A DNA stretch of 57,116 nucleotides, the filler included, from Jimgerdemannia flammicorona (lineage: Eukaryota), in NCBI GenBank assembly GCA_003990765.1. It is 3 parts of 3 records of this genome, joined end to end, with 100 filler letters (N's around TTAATTAATTAA, not from the genome) between each part and the next. Parts side by side here need not be neighbours in the genome. Positions count along the whole stretch, not along the records: positions 1 to 18,974 come from RBNJ01002059.1; positions 19,075 to 38,048 come from RBNJ01002060.1; 1 more part is not named here. One strand, 5' to 3'. Below the pieces are notes generated by a model, which searched no databases, was not told where the DNA came from, and was given only the letters and a program-made list of their open reading frames with translations. Made by a program: the position numbers and the translations under genes. Every line of letters starts with the position of its first letter. The first letter of the stretch is position 1. Positions 13,255 to 25,281 of this stretch are shown one piece after another.

Positions 13255-13672
13255 AATCTGAACTTAAGATTAAGAAGCTTTATCTGAAGACCTAGATTCC
13301 TCAATATCAATCAGAAGTAGTCATTGATCTTAATCTATACTCTATCAAGTAAGTCACTGTTCTAGCCAAAGACCAAACTCTGATACCTATTGGAATTTCA
13401 ATTCAATATCCTAAAGAACATTATGCTAGAATTTCATCATGATCAGGACTTAGTGTCAAATATTATTTAGATATTAATACTAATGTCATTAATTTAAACT
13501 ATCAAGAATATATTCAGGTCTTACTTATTAAACAGAAGGATTAAGACTATACAGTCAAGGAAGAAGACTGAGTTGTACAAATGATTCTAGAAAAAGTCAA
13601 TCAATCTAAGGTTCTAGAAGTCTAAGAACTATCCAAAATCAAGTAAGACTAGAAAGATTTTGATAGTACTGA
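13255..13672 (+). pseudogene. dut: dUTPase domain between gag and protease of element F
   Basis: ELKIKKLY...IPIGISIQYPKEHYARISS*SGLSVK...RVVQMILEKV...KDFDSTD, a decayed set of the RSGL, RIAQ and RGxxGFGSTG motifs. Confidence 0.8.
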
Positions 13673-14937
13673 TCAAGCAGTAAGTCTTACTGAAAGCCAA
13701 GCTCAAGCTATGCTCATTTTCAAAGATCTAGTCAAAGGAAAAGAAGTTCAAGTACTTATAGACAGCAGAGCTATAGGAATTTTATCAATCAGAATCTTGT
13801 TGAAAATCTTAAGATTTTTACCAAGCCTATATTTAAAAATGATAGTGTAGTTACTGCAGATAGTATACTATATCCTATTAAGTCAATTTCAGCCAAACTA
13901 CCCATCAAGATACAGAAATATTGGAATAAGTAGACTTTGAGGTTATACTACTAAGAGATTATAATTTGATTTTAGAAAAACCCTGACTTATAAAATATAA
14001 TCTGAATATTAATTAGTATAAGAATAAAGTTACTTTACTTCAAGATAGAGTCAACATTACTATCAAAACAGACATGTCTGTAAACAAGACCTCAGTTGTA
14101 ATACTGTCAGTAATACAATATAAGAAAGTACTCAAGAAGGCAGTATATACTTTTGTTACTATTATCTATCTCAAGAAATAAGATAAGAAGTTGTTAATTA
14201 ATAAAAACATCAAATTATTGCTTAAAAAATTCAAGAATGTCTTTCCAGACAAACTATCTGGTCTACTACCTATATAAGAAGTTAATCATAAAATTGAACT
14301 AACCCCAGGAGCTATACTATCTAAGAAATATATGTATATACTATATATTACCTCTTGAAATTGAAGCAGTCAAGAAGAAACTAGAAGAGTTACTTATACA
14401 AAGAGCCATTCAACCAAGCAAGTCCCCCTATAGCTCATCAGTCTTATTTATCAAGAAAAAGAATAGTACTCTGTAAATATAGATAGACTACTGAGTACTT
14501 AATAAGCTTATAGTTAAGATCTGATATCTACTACTCTTGATTGATCAAATTTTTGATACTCTTAAGAATACTAAGTATTTCACTAAGCTAGACCTCATAT
14601 CAGATTATTATCAAATCTAAATCAAGTTAGAAGATATCTCCAAGACTATATTTATGATCTTCTTTAGACTCTATGGATTTCTAGTTCTAGTATTTGATCT
14701 TACTAATACATTTACTATATTTCAGATTCTTATAAATAAGATATTCAAGGACTAACTATTCATCTTTTTATTGGTATATCTTGACAATATCCTGATCTTT
14801 AGCATAACTAAAGAAGAGTACCTCAAGTATATCGAAAATACAAACTATATACAAAGTTCAAAAAGTATAAATTCTTCAAAAAAATAAGTCAAATATCTTG
14901 ACCACATTGTCTCTATATAAAGAATTTAAGTAGATCT

Positions 14938-15182
14938 ATCCCTTATATCATAATCAGATACAGATAAATTTGTCTGCAAAAAAAAATTAATATTTTTTAA
15001 AAAAAATTTGATATAATATTTAATTTAAATTTTTAAATTTTTTTTTTTTATAAAACTCAAAAATTATATTTTTAAATTTTTTTTTTGATATAAAATTTAA
15101 TATAAAATTTTTAATAAAAAATTTTTTTAATTTAATTTTTTTTTTGCAGACAAATTTATCTACAAATCAATATAAGAGATAT
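14938..15182. mobile_element. AT-rich MITE or foldback insertion in the RT of element F
   Basis: Inverted repeat AGATAAATTTGTCTGCAAAAAAAAA at 14962 and ending at 15161, with outer TATCCCTTATAT / ATATAAGAGATA. The RT frame resumes after it. Confidence 0.8.
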
Positions 15183-17468
15183 AAGATAGAGATAATTCAA
15201 AAATGATCTATTCTATTGAACCTTACAGAACTCTGGTCCTTTTTTAGTCTAGCTGACTATTACCATTACTTTATCAGAAACTACTCTAGCATTACTGAGT
15301 CACTGACTAACCTCATGAGAAAGGTGCTTAACTCTGATTACTATATATTCTATATCTAGAACCTCTTCTGACAATAAGCCTTTCAAGAACTCAAGAACTA
15401 TCTGACTTATACTCTAGTCTTGCATAATGCAGATCTAAGTCTAAAATTCACCATTACTACTAATATATTAAATTTTACCATTAGAGTAGTTCTATCACAA
15501 GATAATAGCAAAGAATATCATATTATTATTTTTGAGTTCTACAAGTTGGCTCTAGCTAAATAAAAGCTAGCTACTTATAAGAAGGGGCTACTGATAATAA
15601 TATTCTAGATCACTGATAATACTATCTAAAAAGTATTGAGTTTGATGTCATTACTGACTATCAATCTCTTAAATATATCAATACTCTATTTACTCTATTA
15701 TATCTATAAGCCAAGTAAAGTCTAAAGCTTCAAACCTTCAATCTGATAATTATCTATAAGTCTGACAAGATACTTATAACTAGATATCTTATCTAGATTT
15801 CTAGACCTTGTCACAATTATACAAGTTATCTTGGTATCTGAATTTCTAGACCAAACTAAGCAAGTTTATAAAGAAGATACTATTATTACTAGAGATTTCT
15901 TAAAAAAGCTCAAGGATACATATACTATCAAGAATAATCTGATCTATCATCAAGATAAAGTCTATCTATCTGATAATATAAATCTATACTATAAGATACT
16001 ATAAGAACATTATAACTCCCCTCTTATTGATTACCTTAAAATTGAGAAAATAGTTAAGAATATCTAGTATCACTACTATTGACCAAGTATGATCAAGAAA
16101 ATCAAGAACTATATTATTTGCTGTAACCTCTATCAGTACAATAAGTCTAACAATCAAGCATTAGCTGGTTTACTACAACTATTGTCTATTTCAACCAAGA
16201 AATTTAAATAAGTTACAATGGACTTTATAACTCAGCTACTACAAATTCAATCTGGTACTGATGTTATTATTGTATGTATTTGTTAACAACCTGACTAAGA
16301 CTATAGTTGCTGAATTAACTACCTATATCTGAGATTGAAATAATCTTCTTCAAGTCCATCTTTCATCACTTTGGTCTACTATGAGTAATTGTCAGTAACT
16401 ATAACTCTAAGTTTACTAGTCACTTCTGGAAAACTCTCCTCAAGACTCTAGGAACCCAACTAGCTATATCTACTACCTTCTACTTACAAACTAATAGACA
16501 AACTGAGTATATGAATAGAACTTTAAAATAAATACTCAGAAACTATATTTCTTATAAGTAAGATAATTGAGACCATTATTTGACTTATGTAAAATTTATA
16601 TACAATAATATGGTCCAATCATCTATTAATCTTTTTCTCTTTTGAATATTCCATAGTTAAGATCTCAAGACCTCTACAAGTTTAGTCTCTTTTAAGAAAA
16701 GCAGTTAAATACAAGTTCCTACTGCCAAGAACCTCATAGACAAAATGAATAAACTACTTAAGATTGCTATCATAAACCTCCTGAAGGCCCAATAGTATCA
16801 AGCCAAGTATGCTGATAAGAAATACTGTGATATCATCTACACTATTAGAGATTAAGTTCTACTGTCTACTGAAAACCTCAAGATATAATCTCAAGCCAAC
16901 TGCTCATCAAATAAATTTCAATCTAAGTATATTGAACTCTTTGAGATTACTGAACAAGTCTCTGTATTCTCCTACTATCTTAAGCTATCTGAAACCATAA
17001 GAGTATATCCAGTCTTTTATATATCATATCTTAAGATCTGGAACTAGTTACCACTCTACCTCAGTCAAATTTCCAAGCTATCTGCCTCTGTGATTATTGA
17101 AGACTATATTAAGTATAAAGTTGAGAGAATTCTTGATAAATAAATCTGCTACTGTCATTCTAAATATCTGGTCAAGTAGATGAACTATCCTAAATATGAT
17201 ACTATCTAGAAACCACTGATAAACCTCAAGAACTCCTAAGATCTGGTCCAAGACTCTAAGATAAAATATATTGTCCAATCTCTATAATAACTCCTTAGAT
17301 TTTCAATGACTTATGACAATAACCAGTACCTTATATATCAGATTTTTACTTTGAGACCCTAGAACTAGCAAAATATCTAGTAAATAAGAAGTTCACTAAA
17401 ATGAAACTACTAGCTAGGTTCAAATCACTCTCAGTTAGTTAGTTAGTAATAGGTCCTCTGCTCTATAT

Positions 17469-18795
17469 TGTAACGTGCCGGCTCAATAGAGGCAAATTAC
17501 AAGGTTGGGGGTTGATGTAGTTTAGCTTGAGCCCCCAGTTACTTTGTTAAAAACAACAAAATGTTCTTGGTGTTTAGCGGTATAATAGTCAAGATCTGGA
17601 TACTGTGTGAGTGATTTCCTTATTGGGACTGTTCTCTGGGTGTAGTGGCGATTTGTGTGAATGGGTTTCCTTCTTGGGTCAACTGGGAATGGTACAATTT
17701 CTGTGTAGCGCGATGATCTCCTTGTGCGTGACGGTCTGGCAATTTAACGGTTCTCCTTCTTGGGTAGCGGGCGATCTTCATATAGCGCGGCGATTTTTGT
17801 GTAGTGCGACAGGTTTCCAAAAGTATGCAATTTCTGGCAGGTGACTCGATTTGGCTTACTGGGAATGTAAGGCGTGGGTTCTCTTTTCTGGAATAATGCT
17901 GGCGGCAGGTTCTTCTCAGGCTCACTGGGGATGACGAATAACCTGGATGTCGCGGATTTGGCTTCAACTGGGAATACTACTCGAATGGCGTGAGTTCTTC
18001 CTGGATCGGCGGCTTCAACTGGGAATTAACTCGGGTGGCACGGATTCTTCTAAATCGGCGGCTTATTCCTTAAGCAGCAGATTACTCAAAAGGCGGCGGA
18101 TGACGCGGATTCTCCTGAATCGGCGGGCTTCTGGGAAATAACTCGGATTCTTGGCAAGTTACGTCGAGACTGGCTTCGTTTGCGCGAATGGATCACTGCG
18201 AAGTTGTGTCAGGGACTGGCTTGTGGCAAGGCTCTCTGGGAATGCAGGAACTTGGGTTTTTCAGGCTTATCTGGCAAGTGAACCAATAACAATAATTCCA
18301 AAGGCGGCGAAGTTCTTCCTCGAACTTAGGCGGCAAACTCGAATTCTTCAGGCTTTGTATTGGAAAGTGGACCAGAGTGGAAAGGGAAAATAAGCTCACA
18401 ATCTCCTAATAGTGGCTGTAGAGTTCCTCTCGAAGTGTGGTAGGCAGACTTGTCTTTTGCTTCAATTTCGGACTTTTCGGACTGAGGTTTTATTCACTCT
18501 CGCCACTGGGGTAATTTATACAAGTTGGTTGCTATCTGGTTACTATGTGGCTAACTATAGATCTGCTACTTATGGCAGGTGTACAGAGTCTGTACGGTGT
18601 ACAGGACCTGTACAGTGTACAGAGTCTGTATGGTGTACAGAGTCTGTACAGGTAAACAGACCCTTTCTGGTATATCTGGCTATTTATACAATTTCCGCAG
18701 CAAGGGTTGCTAGTTACTAGGCTGAGTGTTCACGTCATCTTGTTCACGTCATCTGGTTAAGATATGATTCGGGTGGTACGTCTTGGCTTGTCACA
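17469..18795 (-). mobile_element. Young 3' LTR of a third family (LTR-C, 1327 bp)
   Basis: Minus-strand TGTGACA...GTTACA termini. PPT-like AGTGGGGGCTGA just upstream (18796-18807). TATAAA at about 18515 and AATAAA at about 18490. CpG retained. Confidence 0.85.
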
Positions 18796-18974
18796 TCAGC
18801 CCCCACTGAAGAGTAGTCTGTCTCAGGCTATTCTTCAGTCATCATCCCAATAAGCATAGGCTGCTTCTGCATCTATACCTGTTCCATCATCTTCATTGTC
18901 TGTACTGGGGTTACTCCATTCTAGGGGCTCTTCTTCTTCTTCAGGGAATAGAATTTCGACAGAGTTGATGATGC

Positions 18975-19074
18975 NNNNNNNNNNNNNNNNNNNNNNNNNN
19001 NNNNNNNNNNNNNNNNNNTTAATTAATTAANNNNNNNNNNNNNNNNNNNNNNNNNNNNNNNNNNNNNNNNNNNN
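18975..19074. other. Scaffold gap with TTAATTAATTAA linker
   Basis: N runs flank TTAATTAATTAA. The same structure occurs at 38049-38148. Confidence 0.98.
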
Positions 19075-19110
<36 letters not shown>

Positions 19111-20889
19111 TAGAGGATAAAGTGATAGGAATCTATAGTACCCAAGTTGACACTAGAAGTCCTTTTTGAGCAGGTCCTCATGGCTCTTCTGATGTCTTAG
19201 AATATTCTTTCCTTGACTAAGATATCTTATTGGTTCCTTGACCTTGAGGTTTGGTGAGCAGCAGGCATTTTGTTTGTAGTAAGTCTTTGAGCTATTTTGG
19301 AATTAGTGGTTCTTATTGGTTACTGCTACTGTAGTTCCTTGATCCTTCTTTTATATTTTTCAGGATGCTTGTACTGTAGTCACAATGACTCACAGTTGGT
19401 CATCATTGCTCATCTCATATACCATATGATCTCCTTGTGCTTCAATCTAGTGGCTTATGAGGAAAGGCTATCTCCTGTACTGATGTTATCATTCTGAGGT
19501 CACTATTATATCTTCCTCCTGAATAAGGATCTTCTTGAGTATTCTTATTTATTGGTCCAGTCTTGAAAAATTTACTGATTCCATAACCTCTAGCAAGGAG
19601 TCGAAAAGTGGTATTTATGGGCTGGCATCTTCTCTTTATATTTTGGCATGATGGTGAAGGATTGCTCTCTTCATATAGAGCAAGGGCCTGATTCTGATCT
19701 TGACCAATCAGTTGATGGTTCGAACTCCTCTGACTTTGAAAGTCTCATGGATGAGTAGTTGCCAGTGCTGTATCTCTTAGAGAATGGTCCAGACAGATAG
19801 CCTGCTGGTCACAGGATATGCTATTATGATTCATGGACTAGAACCTTGCAGGTGGTCATCATGTTTTACTTCTCTTATATAGGTTTATGGTACTTCTTGA
19901 GTCTGTTCCTATGTACTATAGTAGGCAGTATGGTTCTTGAGATTTTTCTAAGCCAGAAGGTAGTTCTCTTGATATCTTGCATGTAGAAGGGTCCTTCTCA
20001 TTTGGGCTCCAGTTTTCATGACCATGAGACTTCTACTATATTTCGATACAGTAGAACCTTTTCTCTGATTCAGATGGGTTCTAAGGCCTTGTAATTCTTT
20101 TCTGCATTCTTCCTTATTAGCACTTGTGACTTGATGATGTAATCTTCAGCCTTCTTCCTGATTTGGTGTAGTCTCCAGATTTCTGCATCAACCTATCTCC
20201 AAGTTAGATCTAGATTTGTGGCTGAGGTTCCATCAGAATCTTCTTCTCTGAAGAGCAGCTCCCTTGGGATAAAGTGTGTACTCTGTGATCATATGTCTCA
20301 TAGGACAGAGAGAGCAGTTGGGAGATAGTTATCCCAATTCTCATATGTCTCTGAGATCTTCGCTAGGATGTTCTTGAGGGTCTTATTGGTTCTTTCTATC
20401 TGTCCATTTCCTTGAGGGTGGTACACAGTGGTCTTGATGTACTAGATCTTGTATTTCTAATATATTATCTTGTAGAATCTATTAACAAATTCTGTGCTGT
20501 AGTCTGTTGTGATTTGCTTTGGTGTCTTGTAGCGGCAGATGATTTCTTGATGCAGAAAGTCAGCTATAGAGAGGGCATTGGCTTCTTGTAATACTCCTAC
20601 CTCTATCTATTTGATGAAGAGGTCTACAATAATTTTCTGATAGTATTACTGGTAGTGGTCCAATGATATCTATTACAATATGGTGGAAGGGGATAGGCTC
20701 AATTTTTGATGACCTAGGTACCTGGTCTTGCTGATCTTATTTCTGTTTTTAGCACTTGTCATACCCTTTGACAAATTAGTGCAGGTCTTCTTCCATCTTG
20801 GACCACCATATGGTTCTTCTTGCTTTGTCATATATATTAGTTCCTCCTAAGTGTCCTTGCTCATACATATACTTCCTTCATTACTTAAT

Positions 20890-20890
<1 letters not shown>

Positions 20891-20964
<74 letters not shown>

Positions 20965-20968
20965 GGAG
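20891..20968 (-). mobile_element. Minimal retroposed insertion (CTCCC plus poly-A) with target-site duplication
   Basis: TTACTTAATG (20881-20890) and TTACTTGATG (20969-20978) flank a T tract plus GGGAG inside the integrase region. Confidence 0.85.
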
Positions 20969-22659
20969 TTACTTGATGTTTCTTATATTTAGGTATTACT
21001 AGCTTTCCTCCTTTTCTGAGTGTAGTGTTGTCTAATTCAAACTGTTTCCAAGTCTGGTTGATGATGGTGATTGTCCAGGGTTTGAGGTGGTAGAGCATCT
21101 TCTGCTGCTTAAGATAGCTGATTAATCCATAGTATAGCTCCTTATTCATATTGAATAGTCTTGATGGGAGTGTTTTGGGGTATCCTTGAGAGTACATCAG
21201 CATTGGTGTTGGTCTTTCTTGAGCAGTGCTTGAGAGTACAGTCATACTCTTGTAGCCTGTAGATCCATCTGGTATATATTCCTTTGGGGTTCAGAGTGTG
21301 GAATAGCCAGGTAAGAGCAGAGTGGTCTGTTTGAATGGTGAAGTGTTTCCCAGCTAGGTAGTAGTGGAACTTGTCTACTGCCCAGACTACTGCTAAGCAT
21401 TCAAGCTTGCATGACTCATAGTTCTGTTCTGCTCCATGGGTATCTCAGCTTATATAGGAGATGATATATTCATGTCCATCTTTCTTCTGAGCTAGGACTG
21501 CTCCAAGTTCTATAGCACTCGCATCTGTCTGCAGGATGAATTCTAGATTCCAGTCTGATCTTCTGAGGATAGGTGCTTGGGTCAATCTGATCTTGAGTTC
21601 ATTGAAGGTTTCTTGATACTTCTTGGTCTATTCAAATTTGGTTTCCTTCTTCAGTAGCTCATAGATGGATACTGCAATATTAGAGTATCCTTTGATAAAC
21701 CTTCTGTAGTAGCTGGCCAGTCCAAGGAAGGCATGGACTTCTGTAGTTGTTCTGGGTCTTAGGTAGGCTGCAACAGTCTCAATCTTCATAAGATCTGTGT
21801 GGATTCTGATCTGATTGATGAGGTGTCCTAGGTAGGCAATTTCCTGGGCTGCAAACTTACATTTCTTAGGCTTGATGTAGAGGCCATGCTCTTTGAGCTT
21901 CTTGAGGGCTAGCTGTATGTGATTGACATGTTCCTGTGTAGTATTGCTGAAGATAATCACATCATCAACATAGACAAAGAGCTATTTTCCAATCTCATTG
22001 TTAAAGACTCTGTTCATCATTTGCTGAAAACTTGCTGGGGTATTGTATATTCCAAATGGCATTCGCAGATAGATATAGGTGGTATCAGGTGTAATGAAGG
22101 CTGATTTCTCACTGGCATCTTAAGTGAGACCAATCTGATGAAAGCCTGAGAACAGATCCAAGGTGGTATAGTATTTGGCTTCACTTCCAAGGGTGGTAAG
22201 GATTTCTTGAATATTTGGCAAGAGCTGCCTATCCTTCTTGGTGATGGCATTGAGCTTTCTGTAGTCAATACAGAGTCTTGATGCAAACTCTCCAGGTTTG
22301 CTTTCTTTCTTCAGAGCAAGAACAATGAGTGAGGTCCAGGGGCTGATAGCTTACTTGATGATTCTGGCTTCTTCTATTTCCTTGAGTTCTGCTTGCAGCC
22401 ATTCTCTATAGGTAGGTAGTATGGGTCTGGCTTTCTGGTAGATGGGCTTGGTATCACCAGTGTCAACTTCATAATAGTACTTGGGTTCTTGATTGTGAAT
22501 ATCTCTAAAGTCTGTAGCAAGTACTCCTTCATTCTGATACAGGATCTTGAAAAGTTATTCCTCCAGGGGAAAGTTTTCTCCAATGGTATATGTATGCTTG
22601 TTCTGGTCCTTGTCTTTCTTGTGCTCAAGTTTAGTAATCTTGATAGTAGTATAGGCTCC

Positions 22660-23076
22660 TCTTCCAGTAGATCCAAAGCCTTGTTCTCCTCTCTTGGTCT
22701 TAATGAGTTTGATGGCTTCTATGATCTTGGGCTTCTTGATTTTGTGGATCAGCATCTGGCCAATCCTGTCATACTTCTTGACTTCGAAGGGGGTGGTGTG
22801 GTTGTGATTTCTGACTATGAGGAAGATCTTATCAGTATAATCAGGGTCAATTACTCCTCCTTCAACTGAGATTTCGCTTCTGGCCAGACTGCTCCTGGTC
22901 TTGATAATTCCAGCATGGTTTTCTGGCAGCTTGACTCCAATTCCAGTGCCAAGTAGGGTAGTGGTCTGTGGTTCAAGGATAACATCTTGAATGCTGGCAA
23001 GGTCCATTTCTATAGCTCCTTCAGTCTTATATTCTGGGATCTTGGCTTCAGGATAAAACTTCTTGACCTTAAGGGT
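22660..23076 (-). CDS. dut: dUTPase domain between protease and RT of element D (part of a degenerate polyprotein)
   Basis: In ORF 22555..23367: GAIEMDL, RSSLA, GGVIDPDY, DRIGQM, RGEQGFGSTG, i.e. the five trimeric dUTPase motifs. Confidence 0.95.
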
Positions 23077-25281
23077 GATGTCTGATTCTTGTTCCTCCTC
23101 ATCATCACTGTCAACCTGAAGCTCTGGGGGCTGGTCATCTTCTTTGGCTTTTTTTTTTGCTTTGGCAGCTTCTTGCTTGTATTTCTGTTGGCAGATTTTT
23201 CTGACTTCACTGATATAGGACCAGCAGTCATTCAGGTGTTCTGAGCAGTATATCCTAGTACCATAGGGGCATCTTCCTTGAGGGGCATATCCATTGATGA
23301 TCTTATTGTACCACTGCTCATCTATGAGCTTGGGTGTCTTGTTCTTGTTCTTATTCACTGAGTACATGAAGACCTCTGTGTCCTCTTCATCTCCTTCCTC
23401 TATGTCTGGTAGGACTCCCTTGTGAATATTAATAGAGACTCATACCTTTCTTCCTCTATAGTTGATTTGCATCTTCTGAGCATTGAGGTCAATGATGGCC
23501 TTGGCCTTGTGAAGCCATTGGTTACCAATGAGGATGTCATAGTTGGTGGTACTTGTGATAATCACATCTACTGGGATAGTAGCTCCTCCTATCTTAATGG
23601 AGACTTCTCAGATTTTGCCAAGGAGGGTAGCTTATATACCATCTGCTATAATATAGACCATCTTGGTGGACTCTTCAATGTCCCAGCCTAGGCGGTCAAT
23701 TGCCTTCTTGCTCATGAGGTATCCTCCAGTATCAGTATCAATAATGGCATCAAAGATATAGTCTTCAATCTGATATAGAGTATAGGCTGATGTCTTGTGC
23801 TGGTCTTCAGATTCTTCACCTGAGTTCTCAGATTCTTTCTGTGTATTGTGAGCTTCTACAATCTTATACTCTTGATTCTTGGTAGTAGTTACAAGTCCTA
23901 CTCTCAACTGCTGTCTAAAGGTAGGGACTTCAGCTAGTTGTCCAAAAGTGGCATTGATCTTCTATTCCTTAAGGTCCTTGTAGATATCATACTAGTGGAT
24001 CTTGGTCTTGTGTAGCTTCTGTTCCTTCTTGCTTTCACTTTCTCCTGAGACTGGAGTAGTACTTTCAATAATTTGGCAGGTAGCTTCATCTAACTATATA
24101 TCTTGATCAATCTCCTCAGATTGGGTCTTGCTTTGAATAGTGATAGCTGGGGTCTTCTTTGGTCTTCCAACTGGCTTGCTGTTGCTCATCATAGGGCTTG
24201 GACCAGATTCTGATACCTTCAGCAACAGGGTAGAATTCAAGCTCCTCATAGTATTCTTCATCATCAGTATCACCAATCTCCTCAATGACTACTGTATTGG
24301 TTTGTTCTCTGGTTCTACTAGTATTGCTTGGTTGGGCTTTGCATCTTGTTTTGGTCATACAATTCTTTATATGTGGCCTTCTTCTCCACATCTGAAGCAT
24401 ATGATATTGTATTCTTCTATAGCAGCTGCAAATCTCTGTACTGGTCTCCTGTTGGTACTTTAGACTTCTCTAACAATATCACTAAGATGTGCAGTCATCT
24501 CAGTGAACTGCTTGGCAAGTTCTTCCACTGGGTCAGCTTTGGCTGTCTTGGGGGTAGGTAGGGTTGGTTGTCTGTTTACAACTGTGGCAGATATGATACT
24601 AGTTAGCTTTGATGACTCTATCTTGATACCAGTTATTTTCTCCATTGAGTGTTCAGCAGGGTATCTGGCAGTCTAATATCTCTGTACAAAGACCACTTTC
24701 TGATCAAGAGTCAGTGTAGCTGGGGTAGACTGGATTGCTAGGGCAATTCCAGAGTGAACTCTTTTGAGGAAGGTTGAATCTGCTATTTGTTCCTTAAGGC
24801 AGTCATTATAGCCAGCCAAGACAATCTGGTGACAGATTCAGATATAGAATGAGTTGGGATCTTCACTAAGTCCCTGGCAGATAGTATTGAGTTGATCCTT
24901 GAGAGCTTGCTTGATCTCTTCAGTATAATATATTGTTCTGAGGAAGGCCTTCATATTGACAAGTTTGGCTGTACCAGTATCAGCAATGGTGGCTACATTG
25001 AACTTATCTCTGGCAGGTCCTCTGAGGCTGACTGGTAGAAGGGCCAATTGAGCATCTATACTAAGGGCTCGTATGGTGGCGAATTGTTCAAAGTCTTCAA
25101 TGAAGGTCAGAATTGACTCTTCAGTAGTATATCTATAGAATGTAGGGAAATACATTTCCATCTTATCTTGAATTCTTGCAGGGGTGACTCTTGTAGTCAG
25201 GGTAGTTGTTATAGGGATTGTTCGTTTTTCAGATTAAAAGTGAGGTATTCATCTTGAATCACCAGCCAATAGGTACTAAGT

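Larger units (their letters stand above)
11737..17468 (+). mobile_element. Ty3/Gypsy element F (5' LTR, gag, dUTPase, PR, RT, RH, IN, chromodomain), heavily mutated; 3' LTR not seen
   Basis: Putative LTR 11737-12189, then TGATAGTAGTAG (decayed TGGTAGCAGCAG PBS). LIDSRAIG protease (about 13755). YLDNILIFS RT (about 14775). Integrase at 16000-16650. Chromodomain YKVERILDK...YLVK at about 17110-17215. Confidence 0.85.

Noticed and set aside
17611..18720. Four same-frame plus-strand ORFs across LTR-C as one antisense gene
   Set aside because: Separated by several stops in an otherwise young, unmutated LTR. The content reflects DNA repeats.
19019..19030. TTAATTAATTAA motif inside both N runs
   Set aside because: Artificial all-frame-stop linker added at scaffolding.
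20798..21245. Poly-Phe and poly-Lys ORFs
   Set aside because: Translations of the inserted homopolymer.
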